Shown: positions 16,666 to 27,241, counted from the stretch's first letter. The stretch is 64,000 nt of DNA from a virus (IMGVR_UViG_3300020048_000026:64001-128000); one strand, 5' to 3'. Made by a program: numbers and translations. Notes: generated by a model not told the origin, from the sequence alone.

Positions 16666-18027
16666 ATGACCGCAGCAGAAAAGAGAGAGAAAATATCAGC
16701 ATTAAAGAAACAAATAGAAGAAACACAAGCCGATTACGATAGAGCAAAAGCAATGCAGTTAGCATTGAAACTTGTTATTAATGGCACATACGGTGCATTT
16801 GCACATCCAAAATTCGTATTATCAAATTCACATATCGCAAATGCTATTACAGCAATGGGACGAGATGTTATACAATACATGTTAAAGAAAATTGAACATT
16901 ATTTTTATAGTGAATGGCATTTAGATATAAAATCACATCAAAAACTTGGAGTTGAGTATATTGCTGAAAAAGGTGGAAAATATTTTCTATTAAATAGAAT
17001 AGGTGAGAACATTCATTATCCTCATGCTTCATTACAAGCATTAATGGAGAAGTTAAATATTTACAGAAATGATTTAAAAGATGATGTTCAACAGATTGGT
17101 GAATATAACGTCTTATATCGCAGAGATGTACATGATTTTTCAAATGTTTTAGAAATTCCTAAAGAAAAACCAATAACAATTTATGGTGATACTGATTCTT
17201 TATATATTTCATTTACACCAGTAATTGAATCTTGTGGATATAAAAAAGATGAACTTGAATTCATATTACATTTAGATAGAGTTATTATTAAGAAAAAATT
17301 TACTCAATATTTAGATGAATATGCTGAAAAATTTGGTGTTAAAAATATACATGACTTTGAACTTGAAACAATTAATCGTTCAGCTTTACATATACAGAAA
17401 AAACACTACATTAACAATGTAGCATGGGAAGATGGTATATTTTATGATAATTTAAGTTATTTTTATCCAAAAGGTGTAGAAATTGTTAAATCATCAACAC
17501 CACCTTTTGTTCGTGAAAATATTTATGAATTCTTAAGATATGTGTTTTCAAATCCAACAAGTATAAATATTAGAAAAGTTTTATTGTTAGTTAAAGATTT
17601 GAAAAAACAATTTATGATGGCAGATATTGAGGATATATCTATGACAACTAGTTGTTCAAATTATTATTCTAAAGTTATTGATGATGTGACTGATGTTGTG
17701 ACAGTTAAAGGTGCACATTTTGGTGTAAAGGCGGCTTGTTTACATAATTATCTCTTAAATAAGAATTCAGAATATAAGACTAAGTATGACAATATTCGTG
17801 GAGGTAGAATAAAATACTATTATTGTAATCATCCAAAGAATAATGTGTTTGCTTATATGAGAAGTATGCATCCTTATGAAATAGTTGAAAAAGAAGGAGT
17901 TAAAATAGATTATGATGAACAATTTGATGTAACTTTCTTATCAATTATCAATAGATTCTTAGAACCAATTGGATTACCAACAATTAATAAGAGGTTATCA
18001 GTATTAAATTCAATATTTTCAATATAA
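16666..18027 (+). CDS. Family B DNA polymerase, C-terminal subunit (split gene)
   Basis: Motif B KLVINGTYG, motif C YGDTDS, KKHY, KGVEIVKSSTP; no motif A and no exonuclease domain. Confidence 0.9.
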   Translation: MTAAEKREKISALKKQIEETQADYDRAKAMQLALKLVINGTYGAFAHPKFVLSNSHIANAITAMGRDVIQYMLKKIEHYFYSEWHLDIKSHQKLGVEYIAEKGGKYFLLNRIGENIHYPHASLQALMEKLNIYRNDLKDDVQQIGEYNVLYRRDVHDFSNVLEIPKEKPITIYGDTDSLYISFTPVIESCGYKKDELEFILHLDRVIIKKKFTQYLDEYAEKFGVKNIHDFELETINRSALHIQKKHYINNVAWEDGIFYDNLSYFYPKGVEIVKSSTPPFVRENIYEFLRYVFSNPTSINIRKVLLLVKDLKKQFMMADIEDISMTTSCSNYYSKVIDDVTDVVTVKGAHFGVKAACLHNYLLNKNSEYKTKYDNIRGGRIKYYYCNHPKNNVFAYMRSMHPYEIVEKEGVKIDYDEQFDVTFLSIINRFLEPIGLPTINKRLSVLNSIFSI

Positions 18028-18028
18028 T

Positions 18029-18172
18029 ATGCCAATAATAGATAGAGATTTAGGAAAATATAGAAGACCTCAAATTTTTGGTCCAATAAGTGATGAAGAA
18101 GCCAGAGAATGGGAAAAAATTAAAAAAAGATGCGAAAGAATAGAAAAACTAAAGAAATTAGCATCAAAATAG
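18029..18172 (+). CDS. Small protein with RIEKLKKL tag
   Basis: Not in the ORF track. MPIIDRDLGKYRRPQIFGP...CERIEKLKKLASK. Confidence 0.55.
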   Translation: MPIIDRDLGKYRRPQIFGPISDEEAREWEKIKKRCERIEKLKKLASK

Positions 18173-18207
18173 AGTTTTAGCACAACACCAAAATAGAGTT
18201 TTAGCAC

Positions 18208-18480
18208 ATGAAATATGGGATGAAAATTAATGAACCTGAACAATATATTCAAGGTATTTTTGTTTCTGGTCATATAGATTCAGAAACATGGTGTTTTGTT
18301 TTACGAATTAAGCATTCCGATCAAATTTTTGATTATAAAATGACAAGAGTTGAAATTGAAGATTCAAAAGCACTTGGAAAAGATATAATTGGTGATATTA
18401 TTGATATGAATATAAAAAAGTTTAGAAAATATAAATTAAACAAGTTACAAAATTATAATATTTCGGTAACTTTACCATAA
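18208..18480 (+). CDS. Hypothetical protein with RKYKLNKL tag
   Basis: 90-aa ORF. Confidence 0.55.
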   Translation: MKYGMKINEPEQYIQGIFVSGHIDSETWCFVLRIKHSDQIFDYKMTRVEIEDSKALGKDIIGDIIDMNIKKFRKYKLNKLQNYNISVTLP

Positions 18481-18743
18481 ATATTTTTAGTCCAACCATT
18501 TATACCACCTTTATTGTTGCCTATTAAACAACCTTTTTCCAAATCTTTACCTTTTACTATATGAGTATAATATGACCCTTTAACTTTACAATATACAATA
18601 TCATCAACTTTAACTTGTTCCCAAGTTACTGGTTCAATTTTCACTGGTTGTTTAGATTTAATTATTGGTAACATTGAATTTCCAGGTTCTTTACTTATTA
18701 TTGTTTCACCTGCCAATAATTTTTCTACTTTATAATTTCTCAT
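18453..18743 (-). CDS. Peptidase S24/S26-like small protein
   Basis: GNSMLPII, DIVY, THIV, GNN motifs. Confidence 0.6.
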   Translation of the reverse strand: MRNYKVEKLLAGETIISKEPGNSMLPIIKSKQPVKIEPVTWEQVKVDDIVYCKVKGSYYTHIVKGKDLEKGCLIGNNKGGINGWTKNIYGKVTEIL

Positions 18744-18942
18744 TTAAATTAATTAATTTTTGTTTTCTTAGCCATTGTTCAATATTATCAAATTCGTTTT
18801 TTGAAATTTCATAACGTTTATTATTGAGATAAATAGCATAATACTCTACTCCTTTAGACGATCCGCCACCAGGACAATATAACCCCAATGGTTTAAGTCT
18901 TTTAGCATCAACTCCTTCTTTACCTTCAACGCCCCAAATCAT
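18730..18942 (-). CDS. Hypothetical protein with RKQKLINL tag
   Basis: 70-aa coupled ORF. Confidence 0.55.
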   Translation of the reverse strand: MIWGVEGKEGVDAKRLKPLGLYCPGGGSSKGVEYYAIYLNNKRYEISKNEFDNIEQWLRKQKLINLNEKL

Positions 18943-19469
18943 TCAAATAAATTAATTATTGCATTAACACCATTTTGATTAATTTCTCTTGTACCAATAC
19001 CTGCAAATTTTTCTGTTAGTTCAGGAATACCTTCAAAAATTTGAAACATATCATCTTCATAATCAAAATAATACCATTGATTATCATTTTGTTCAAAAAA
19101 ATATATTGGTTTTTTTGTATCAACTGCGCAAGAAACTGCATATCCTGTACCACCTCTAACTGTTTTTTCTGTATCTCTTATACCAATTGCAAAAATAGCA
19201 TCAGAATTTTTTACTTGATACCAATCCCTTGATAGTAAGTTTTTTATATAAGGCGATAAATTGTTTATATTTCTTCCTAATCTAAGATTAGCAATTTTGA
19301 TATGTTCAAATCCTTCTTTTAGTTGAGAAGGTGTTAAAATTAATCTATTTTTTGAGGTTGTATTGTGACCATCAAAGGAATATGCTACTATTTTGTAGTT
19401 ATGTCTATTACTTTCTATTTCAAAAATTGTGTCAGATCCAGGTGCACCGCCAGAGTTACATGTTTTCAT
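18939..19469 (-). CDS. SLOG-superfamily (DprA/YpsA-like) nucleotide-binding protein
   Basis: SGGAPGSD, NSDAIFA, GGTGYAV..A...KP. Confidence 0.65.
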   Translation of the reverse strand: MKTCNSGGAPGSDTIFEIESNRHNYKIVAYSFDGHNTTSKNRLILTPSQLKEGFEHIKIANLRLGRNINNLSPYIKNLLSRDWYQVKNSDAIFAIGIRDTEKTVRGGTGYAVSCAVDTKKPIYFFEQNDNQWYYFDYEDDMFQIFEGIPELTEKFAGIGTREINQNGVNAIINLFE

Positions 19470-19683
19470 TTAATTTATTTAATTTTTTTATTCTTTCAAA
19501 TTGTTTAAGTCTTTGATATATTTTTTCTAATTCTTTACTTTTTATGAAAAATCCATTTCTTTTATTATTTACATCAAGAATTTCAATATTTGGTATATAA
19601 GCACCACCATATGAACTATGAACTATATGTTTGAAAAATTTAAGGTATACTTGTACAGATTGTTCTTTTACTGTTAAGTTCAT
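19456..19683 (-). CDS. Hypothetical protein with RIKKLNKL tag
   Basis: 75-aa coupled ORF. Confidence 0.55.
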   Translation of the reverse strand: MNLTVKEQSVQVYLKFFKHIVHSSYGGAYIPNIEILDVNNKRNGFFIKSKELEKIYQRLKQFERIKKLNKLNENM

Positions 19684-19750
19684 TAAAAAGTATTTTTTAG
19701 TTTTAATTTTTTATATATATACTTTGTAGTAAAAAAATAGACAAAAGTTA

Positions 19751-21160
19751 ATGAAAATTTATTCTAATGAATATATAACAGATTTTGACAAATTAAAGAA
19801 TGCTATTATTGGATTTGAGTTTGAATTTTATACAGAGAGATCTTACTATAAATTACTTGAATTATTAAATAATACTCTTGCTCCTATAAAGGTGCACGGT
19901 TATCGTAAATATCACTCTTCTTTTAAACCAGATGAAAATAATTTTAAAATTGAACCAGACCTTTCAGGAGGTCCCGAACTTGTTGAGTTAATTACAGGTC
20001 CATTACCTTATGTCAATTCAAAGATTATTTTACTTAAAATTTTAAAAGTTTTAGAAAAATATGCAAGAACAGATGAAAAGTGTTCAATTCACATAAATAT
20101 ATCATTTGAAGATACGGGTGATGGTAAAGTTTTAGATAATTTGAATCAATTGAAGTTAATTTTAGAAGTTGATGAAAATCTTATTTATAATTATTTTCCA
20201 GAAAGAGAAAATAATATTTATGCAAAATCGGTTAAAAATTTAATTCCTTTCAGAGGATTTGATTTTTCAACAAATGCAATTGAAATTTTACAAACCAACA
20301 TACAATTACCTGATACTAAGTATTATGGTATAAACGTTAAAACTGTTGAAAAAGGTAGATTAGAATGGCGTTATATTGGCGGATTGGATTATCATAAAAA
20401 AACTTCCGATATTTTGGCTTTAATGGATTATTTTATTGCTATAACTTGGAATTGTTTGAATGAAAAATTAGATGAAGAAGATTTAAAGAAATTACAAAAA
20501 TATTTATTTGAAAATATTAATATTTTCAAAACCTTTAATAATTATGATGATTTTATTGCTGAATTTCCAACTATTGATATTCAAATTGACAAAATGAGCG
20601 AGTATGGCATTATAAAAGGATATTATGATACATTTTATAATGAAATTTATGATATGGTTAGAAATATCTATAACCTTAAAAATTGTATTATTAATTTTGA
20701 TACAGAATTAAATAGGATTGAATTAGTAGATGCAACATTTAAGACTATTTTTGATTTATATAATATAGATTTTATTGAATGTTCAATGAATTCTGGTAGA
20801 TACAACAGTTGTAATTTTATTTCATCTGAGTTAGTGAATGGTACAATACATGGTGGTGAAATTATGGATAGTAATATTTTTAATTGTAAAATTGAAAATG
20901 CTAAAATAGATGTAGAATCCGAAATAGGGGATTCATATTTATATCAATGTTTTATAGATGGTCAGGTTAAGGGTAGTTCGGTTTTAAGAATGTGTAAGAT
21001 AGGTCCTAATGCTATAATTGACGATTCTGTTAGAATAGTAACGGATATTAATAATTACTTTAATACAACTCCAAAAGGTGTTGGTCCTAAAAAAGGTGGA
21101 CCTGCGGAACTTGATTTAAAGGATATGAAAATACCAGATACAAAAGGAAAGAAATGGTAA
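19751..21160 (+). CDS. Putative amidoligase (COOH-NH2 ligase type 2)
   Basis: IGFEFEF, IEPDLS, ELITGP, CSIHINIS, KYYGIN, RLEWR. Confidence 0.7.
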   Translation: MKIYSNEYITDFDKLKNAIIGFEFEFYTERSYYKLLELLNNTLAPIKVHGYRKYHSSFKPDENNFKIEPDLSGGPELVELITGPLPYVNSKIILLKILKVLEKYARTDEKCSIHINISFEDTGDGKVLDNLNQLKLILEVDENLIYNYFPERENNIYAKSVKNLIPFRGFDFSTNAIEILQTNIQLPDTKYYGINVKTVEKGRLEWRYIGGLDYHKKTSDILALMDYFIAITWNCLNEKLDEEDLKKLQKYLFENINIFKTFNNYDDFIAEFPTIDIQIDKMSEYGIIKGYYDTFYNEIYDMVRNIYNLKNCIINFDTELNRIELVDATFKTIFDLYNIDFIECSMNSGRYNSCNFISSELVNGTIHGGEIMDSNIFNCKIENAKIDVESEIGDSYLYQCFIDGQVKGSSVLRMCKIGPNAIIDDSVRIVTDINNYFNTTPKGVGPKKGGPAELDLKDMKIPDTKGKKW

Positions 21161-21543
21161 AAATTAATAGATTTTTTGGTAGAAAAGAAGAAAAAAATCA
21201 TGATTTTTGCTTAAAAATCAAAGATTTATTACATGATTATTGTTTAAAAGATTTAGAATATAAATATGATAATGTTGAATATTTTAAAAATGGGAATTTA
21301 CTTATGTATATAAAAATATTTGGAATGATTAACAAAGGCTGGTTAAATACACCAGGCTTAAAATTAACAAAAGAAAATTATGTTCCATTCAAAAAACTTT
21401 TAAATTTTATTGAACAAGATACAGAATTTTGGATGGATTTTGATAGAGGAGTTATGAGGATTGGTATTTTATTTGAAAACAATATTGAAAAAAATATAGA
21501 AGATTTAGAATCAATGTTAAATGCAAAAAAATATAATTTATGA
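21154..21543 (+). CDS. Putative virion-internal protein (... AKKYNL)
   Basis: C-terminal motif. Confidence 0.6.
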   Translation: MVKINRFFGRKEEKNHDFCLKIKDLLHDYCLKDLEYKYDNVEYFKNGNLLMYIKIFGMINKGWLNTPGLKLTKENYVPFKKLLNFIEQDTEFWMDFDRGVMRIGILFENNIEKNIEDLESMLNAKKYNL

Positions 21544-21968
21544 TTACAAGATTTGAAGATAAAACAAAAGATAAGTTATTTTATACTCCATCAGTTGCGG
21601 GACCTGAAGGTAAACTTCCGTTTGCTGGTACAAATGCGGGTGGTGATAATAGAATAAAAACATTTAAGGAATATTCTGGTGAATATCGTAAAGGTTCTAG
21701 TCAATACGGAAAATTGGTAAGTAGGATTATGGAATTTTTAAGATTACCAGAATTTAAGAATCACTTAGAGGAGAATGATGGTTTAAAATTTGAAATAGCC
21801 GACTTTGAAACAAGGTCACATATAAAAATAGATAAAATAAAACAATTATTAAACAAAGATCATAACTTATACAGTTTTGATATAAATGTTGATGACAAAT
21901 ATATCACATTCTCTAATATAAAGAAAACTTATAAAGATAGATACGTTTCTGGACGTAAGGAAAAATAA
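21540..21968 (+). CDS. Hypothetical protein
   Basis: 142-aa coupled ORF. Confidence 0.6.
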   Translation: MITRFEDKTKDKLFYTPSVAGPEGKLPFAGTNAGGDNRIKTFKEYSGEYRKGSSQYGKLVSRIMEFLRLPEFKNHLEENDGLKFEIADFETRSHIKIDKIKQLLNKDHNLYSFDINVDDKYITFSNIKKTYKDRYVSGRKEK

Positions 21969-21995
21969 TCTTTATGAGCAAAAAATAAATAAGTT

Positions 21996-23207
21996 ATGAA
22001 AAATTGGTTTTTTATTATAATGCTGTCTATAGCCGCATTGGCATTGGCAGGAACAGCCGCATACTTTTCAGTATTTGGTTTAACACAACTATTTTACGCT
22101 GCAGGTATTGGTATCACTATACTTGCTGCTTCTTTGGAATTTGCAAAATTAGTTACTGTTTCTTATGTTTATAGATTTTGGAATCTTATTGAAAAAGGAT
22201 TAAGAGGATTTTACATTTTTGCTGTAGTTTTTATTATGTTTTTAACATCAATGGGTATTTATGGATTTTTAACTTCTTCTTATCAAAAGTCTGCAAATAA
22301 AATAGAATTAAGAGATGCACAAATTAAAATATCAGAAAATAAAAAAACATTGTTTGTTAATCAATTAGATAGAATTAATAAATCTATTGAAAGTTCAAGT
22401 GATCGGATTAATACAATTTCTGGATTAAGAGGTCAGCAAGAAAAAAGATTAGATAATTTATATGATCAGAAATATATCAGTGTTGCTAAGAGAACTGAAC
22501 AACAAATATCAGGATCTGATGAGCAAATAAAGTTATTAAATGATGATATAACTATAAAAATGCAACAAACGAATGCTATTAATGATTCAATTGCTTTTTA
22601 TGACCAAAAAATTGCTGAATTAAAATCATCAGATATTAGTAATGAAATTGGTTCTTATCAATTTATATCATCATTAACTGGTGTACCAATGAATAAAGTT
22701 GTTAATATCGTTGTACTTTTGATTATACTTGTATTTGATCCATTAGCAATTGGCTTATTAATAGGTGTTAATAAATTACTTATGAATAAAATACCTTCAG
22801 AGACGAAAGAATCTTTCTTAAATAGATTTAGAAGAAAGAAAAAAAAAGATGAAGTTGCCGAACAAGTTGATGAAGTTGCCGAACAAGTTTCCAAACAAGT
22901 TGAAGTTGCCGAACAAGTTTTTAATCCATTAGATGATACCGATTGGATTCAACAATATATGCCTTCTAATAATGTGTATGTAACAGAACAAGTAATTGAA
23001 CCTGAGGTTATTGAGTCAGAAAATGAGTCAGAAATTAAAAAAGTCATTGAGCCAGAAGTTATAACTCAATCAATTGAAAATAATTTTAGAATTCTACCGA
23101 TTCAGAAATTTGATGAAAAGAAAAAAGAATATGATGAATTTGAACCAAGACAAGTTGCATCTGTTCAAGTTAATACGGCACATTTTGTACCAAATGAGAA
23201 TTTATAA
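21996..23207 (+). CDS. Membrane-anchored coiled-coil protein
   Basis: Three N-terminal hydrophobic helices, a long coiled coil, a further TM segment (LVFDPLAI) and an acidic tail. Confidence 0.7.
   Translation: MKNWFFIIMLSIAALALAGTAAYFSVFGLTQLFYAAGIGITILAASLEFAKLVTVSYVYRFWNLIEKGLRGFYIFAVVFIMFLTSMGIYGFLTSSYQKSANKIELRDAQIKISENKKTLFVNQLDRINKSIESSSDRINTISGLRGQQEKRLDNLYDQKYISVAKRTEQQISGSDEQIKLLNDDITIKMQQTNAINDSIAFYDQKIAELKSSDISNEIGSYQFISSLTGVPMNKVVNIVVLLIILVFDPLAIGLLIGVNKLLMNKIPSETKESFLNRFRRKKKKDEVAEQVDEVAEQVSKQVEVAEQVFNPLDDTDWIQQYMPSNNVYVTEQVIEPEVIESENESEIKKVIEPEVITQSIENNFRILPIQKFDEKKKEYDEFEPRQVASVQVNTAHFVPNENL
22851..22919 (+). repeat. Three copies of GAAGTTGCCGAACAAGTT (EVAEQV) within a CDS
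   Basis: Direct repeats read from the sequence. Confidence 0.85.
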
Positions 23208-24053
23208 ATATTTTTTTACTTTTTTATCTCCACCAGTATCAAAAACTGAATAATTTATATTCTTATTTTTATCTTTAAGTTCCATAAATTCTTCTGCTGC
23301 TGCTTTAACAAATCTAGGATCATCATCGGAAAATCCATATTCAGCTACTACACCTAAATCATCTGCGAATCCTTTAACCATTTGATTAAAATCTCTTAGA
23401 GACATTTTTTTAGCATCTTCCATACTTACATCGTGTCCGAATTTTCTTTTACAATAAACAGAAGATATAGTATATACTGGACAAAGTTCTATATATGAAT
23501 CTATTACTTGATCTGGCTCTGAACCAAATAGTTCATGATATTTTAAAAGATTCTCAATCATTTGGTCATCAAATGGTCTTGATTTATCAACATTTTGAAT
23601 AGGAAGATCTTTAAAATTGTCTAGTCCATATGTGTATATTAGCCAATAGAATGCTCTGCGAACATTATTTGGTTCGTGACCTCTTGATGTTATAATTGAA
23701 AATATATTTCCATTAACTAAACATTCAATAAATTTATTCCAAGAAGGACCAAATTTTTCATCAATAACAGCTTTTTTGAAATCAAAAAGAAATGTATTTT
23801 TGCCTTTTGGTCCCCAATCTCTAAATTCTTCAAAAGATTCATCACCACCTTTATATCTCCAGTTTGGATCTGTTCTAACTACTGCAAATTTTGCAGTATC
23901 AACAAATTCATCTATCCATTCACCATCCACTAAATGCTCTAATTTAATTTTAGTGTCCATGAATAATAAATTATCATCTATATCAAAGGAATAATAAACT
24001 AATTTTTTATCATCTTTTTCCACAAATTTTTCAAATATTTTTAAATGTTTCAT
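23202..24053 (-). CDS. HAD-superfamily-like phosphatase with MKHLKIFE N-terminus
   Basis: FDIDDNL, IITSRG, GFSDDD. Confidence 0.65.
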   Translation of the reverse strand: MKHLKIFEKFVEKDDKKLVYYSFDIDDNLLFMDTKIKLEHLVDGEWIDEFVDTAKFAVVRTDPNWRYKGGDESFEEFRDWGPKGKNTFLFDFKKAVIDEKFGPSWNKFIECLVNGNIFSIITSRGHEPNNVRRAFYWLIYTYGLDNFKDLPIQNVDKSRPFDDQMIENLLKYHELFGSEPDQVIDSYIELCPVYTISSVYCKRKFGHDVSMEDAKKMSLRDFNQMVKGFADDLGVVAEYGFSDDDPRFVKAAAEEFMELKDKNKNINYSVFDTGGDKKVKKYL

Positions 24054-24069
24054 ATTATCTGTTATTTTT

Positions 24070-24822
24070 TTATCTATCCATTATAAACCAAGCAACGTTG
24101 GATTCACTTTTAACTTTTTCTACCACAGCATCCATTTTTTCTTTGCCTTGTGATATCATATCAGCGGCATTATATTGAAAATTACCAGGCATATTAAAAT
24201 TGAAACGTCCAACAGCCTGACCCATTCTCATTTGTGATAAACCAGTTATATATTGTTTGAAATATACATGATCAAAAAGTTCTTCTTCTTCAATTCTAAC
24301 ATAACATTCTAACATAAGATCAACTTCAACTGTTGTTAAAAAAACTAATCTTTTATTAATGTGGTTGAAATTAAATCTTAATGTATTTGCTGTCATTTTA
24401 TTGATTTGATCTGCAAAATTACTAATAACTGAACGATAAACTCCTAATTCTCCTGCTGTTGATACGAATGATGTTAAAAAAGGTTGATTTGTAACACCCA
24501 TATTTATAGATAAATTTGGTGCTTGTATACCAAGCCTGAACATAGTTGGATTATCTACTTTTACTATTCTAACAATATCTTCTACTTCTGGTGGTAGAAT
24601 AAGATATTTATTTCTATGATATTGTTCTGTTGTTAAGAAATTTCTATCCAAAAAATAGAAAATTTTAATTTTTGAAAATTGATAGTTTTTATAGAACCAT
24701 TCTAATGCTTCTTCTCTAACTAAACGATAAATTTCTAAATCTGGTAAAATTTTATCAAAAAGACCTGTCATTGTTAAATCTGCCTGAACTATATCTACTA
24801 ATTGATCAATTGTCATTGACAT
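24070..24822 (-). CDS. Putative neck/head-completion protein (T4 gp13-like)
   Basis: Size of 250 aa and C-terminal pattern MGQAVGRF...PGN..YNA..M...G resemble gp13-family neck proteins. Confidence 0.5.
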   Translation of the reverse strand: MSMTIDQLVDIVQADLTMTGLFDKILPDLEIYRLVREEALEWFYKNYQFSKIKIFYFLDRNFLTTEQYHRNKYLILPPEVEDIVRIVKVDNPTMFRLGIQAPNLSINMGVTNQPFLTSFVSTAGELGVYRSVISNFADQINKMTANTLRFNFNHINKRLVFLTTVEVDLMLECYVRIEEEELFDHVYFKQYITGLSQMRMGQAVGRFNFNMPGNFQYNAADMISQGKEKMDAVVEKVKSESNVAWFIMDR

Positions 24823-24855
24823 ATATTTTCTATTGTTTTTCTGTATATATAAAAA

Positions 24856-25170
24856 TTATAAATTGTATCTTTCTGCGTCTTGTTTTCTATTATAATCTTC
24901 TATATCTTCGGGTGTAATTTCAATTTCTCCCTGATATTCACCATTCATTTCATATTGATTGAAACTATTCCAATCAAGTTCATTTCTTTCTGGTTCAACA
25001 TATAAAATTCTAGTTTCAAATCCATGATAAGTAGCATAATCTATTATTGCTTTTTTTCTATCTTCTGATAACGAACTTTTATATACTTTTACTCTTAAAT
25101 ATGGTTTTGTAAAATCAATAGACCAATATTTTCGTTGTTTTGCTGTTTCAAATAATTTGATATATTTCAT
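24856..25170 (-). CDS. Putative virion-internal protein (MKYIKLFE ... AERYNL)
   Basis: Shared terminal motifs; TAATATATA at 25177-25185. Confidence 0.6.
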   Translation of the reverse strand: MKYIKLFETAKQRKYWSIDFTKPYLRVKVYKSSLSEDRKKAIIDYATYHGFETRILYVEPERNELDWNSFNQYEMNGEYQGEIEITPEDIEDYNRKQDAERYNL

Positions 25171-25217
25171 ATTTCTTATATATTAAAAATTTGTTTTTAA
25201 AATTAATATATAAGAGC

Positions 25218-25877
25218 ATGAAAATATTGAAAATTGAAGAATTTCTAATCAAGGAGGATATTTCCTTGATAAATCATGATGGTATACTTTTAATTGTTGA
25301 TGTTCAATCAGATTTCAAAAAATTCTTTCCAACAGATCCAAATGGTTATTTGAAAAAATTAGATAAATATTGTGAAGAATTTCCAAATGAAAAAGAATTA
25401 AAGGGTGTTTATCAAATCTGGGATTCTAATCGTGGATCCAAACCAACCTATAAGTTTAAGAATCAAAGAGAATTGGTTGAGAAGAAATTTGGTGTTAGGA
25501 AATTTTATTCTAAGTATAAAGGCGGATTTGATGAATGGACACATCATATATTTGATGAAAAGACTCTTGAACAATTCCAATCTAGAAAGAATAAATTTAA
25601 AGAAGGTGATGCTTTTAAAGTAAAAGATAAGAAGGAATTCTTAGTATATATTGGTAATACTCACAAATGGTTTTATGTAAATGATGAATTGGTTGAATTA
25701 TTTCAAAAATTAAGAGGTAAAAAAGTAGTTGTTTGTGGTGGAGCCGATGGTGAATGTCTTGAAGACGTGTTTATTGCATTAAAATCATTTAATGTAAAAC
25801 CTATCTATAATCATAAATATATTTATAGTGCAGAAACAGGTAATTATTTAAAGAAGAAACCAGAAGCCAAAAAATAA
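25218..25877 (+). CDS. Isochorismatase/cysteine-hydrolase-fold protein
   Basis: Probable start at 25218; LLIVDVQ.DF and VVVCGGADGECL. Confidence 0.6.
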   Translation: MKILKIEEFLIKEDISLINHDGILLIVDVQSDFKKFFPTDPNGYLKKLDKYCEEFPNEKELKGVYQIWDSNRGSKPTYKFKNQRELVEKKFGVRKFYSKYKGGFDEWTHHIFDEKTLEQFQSRKNKFKEGDAFKVKDKKEFLVYIGNTHKWFYVNDELVELFQKLRGKKVVVCGGADGECLEDVFIALKSFNVKPIYNHKYIYSAETGNYLKKKPEAKK

Positions 25878-25925
25878 AATTAAAAATTAATATATAATAT
25901 AACTTAAAATAATCCAATAATTATT

Positions 25926-26633
25926 ATGATATCTAGTATTTTACTCTTTGACGTTGTTGAACTCTTTCAAAATTATGGTATAGTAGTTGCTGTTTTAGTT
26001 TTAGCTGTTTTAACAGCTTTTTATATGATTAGGAATTCAACAAAAAGAATCAAAGATCAAGAAGAAAAGATAGATTCTTTATATGGTAGAATTGACAAAT
26101 TAATGACAAAATTTACACACGATGAAGAATCAAATGAATTGGCAGGAAAATTTATAAGTTTTGCTGAAAATGCAAATAAAATACAAATACAACTTTATCA
26201 TATTTTACAATCATTTGGTGCTGATAGGGTTTCTATATTTGAATTTCATAATGGTGGTAAAAATTTATCTGGAGTAGAATTCAAAAAGTGTAGTAATACA
26301 TTTGAGGCTGTAGAATTAGAAACTAAGCCGGTAATAAAAGAAATGCAAAATTTACCATTAAGTATAAATCCTTTATGGAGTAGGATATTATCAACCCGTG
26401 CAGATATTGAAATACCCGTTGTAGAAAATTTAGAAGATACTTTTTTAAGAGCATATTTACAATCTCAATCAATAAAAACTTATTATTCTTGTATATTATT
26501 GGATTATGCTAATACTCCAATAGGATTTATTTCTTTGGAATATTACAAAAATTCAAAAGAGTTGAATGTAAATCAACTTGATGAATTTAGTTCTATTGCA
26601 ATAAAAATATCCGTTTTAATTAATTTAAAGTAA
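25926..26633 (+). CDS. TM plus GAF-like domain protein (T4 holin T-like architecture)
   Basis: N-terminal TM helix, ADRVSIFEFHNG, PIGFISLEY. Confidence 0.55.
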   Translation: MISSILLFDVVELFQNYGIVVAVLVLAVLTAFYMIRNSTKRIKDQEEKIDSLYGRIDKLMTKFTHDEESNELAGKFISFAENANKIQIQLYHILQSFGADRVSIFEFHNGGKNLSGVEFKKCSNTFEAVELETKPVIKEMQNLPLSINPLWSRILSTRADIEIPVVENLEDTFLRAYLQSQSIKTYYSCILLDYANTPIGFISLEYYKNSKELNVNQLDEFSSIAIKISVLINLK

Positions 26634-27226
26634 TGATAACCGATTTACTATTAATATTCATAATTATAGTATTACTTGCGAATATCTATATAAGGCAAAT
26701 GAAGTGTGAAAAATCTTCATTTGAATTAATAAAGATTTTAAATTCTAATGTTGTACTTCTCAGTAGTTTAGAAAAAAGAAAAAAAATTCAGGATTTAAAA
26801 AATAGCTTAAAGATAAATACAGAACTTCAAGTTATATTAAAAATTTCTAATTGTGATTTTTTAAGCTTATTTAAGTATGATTTTCATTCAAAACAAAAAT
26901 TACATTATTTGGTATCTTTAGATAAAAATGGTTCAGTTGTTCAAAGTACTTTACTTGATAATTATATTGTATCAGATTCAATTGAAAATTTTGGCGGTGA
27001 TGATGAATTGGTTGAAATTAAATTAATGAATGTTAAAAGTAAAAAGATAGCCGATATTATGAGTTTTAGAGGTGTTAATAAATTGTATTGTCAAAATATT
27101 TCTGAAATAAAAAATAAACATATTGGTTTTTTAGCTTTATCATATAAGGATATAAATTATAATTTATCAGATGGTGATAAATTTGAAATTCAAAGAATAG
27201 CAGAAGAAATTGGTAGACTTATATAA
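26633..27226 (+). CDS. Paralogous TM plus GAF-like protein
   Basis: N-terminal TM helix, CDFLSLFKY, IGFLALSY; same layout as the upstream gene. Confidence 0.5.
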   Translation: MITDLLLIFIIIVLLANIYIRQMKCEKSSFELIKILNSNVVLLSSLEKRKKIQDLKNSLKINTELQVILKISNCDFLSLFKYDFHSKQKLHYLVSLDKNGSVVQSTLLDNYIVSDSIENFGGDDELVEIKLMNVKSKKIADIMSFRGVNKLYCQNISEIKNKHIGFLALSYKDINYNLSDGDKFEIQRIAEEIGRLI

Positions 27227-27241
27227 AAAATAATCCTTAAT

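Noticed and set aside
18165-18208. Two copies of CAAAATAGAGTTTTAGCACA, which recalls a CRISPR GTTTTAG repeat
   Set aside because: Only two copies with a 24-bp period, no spacer-sized gap and no cas genes; a local duplication.
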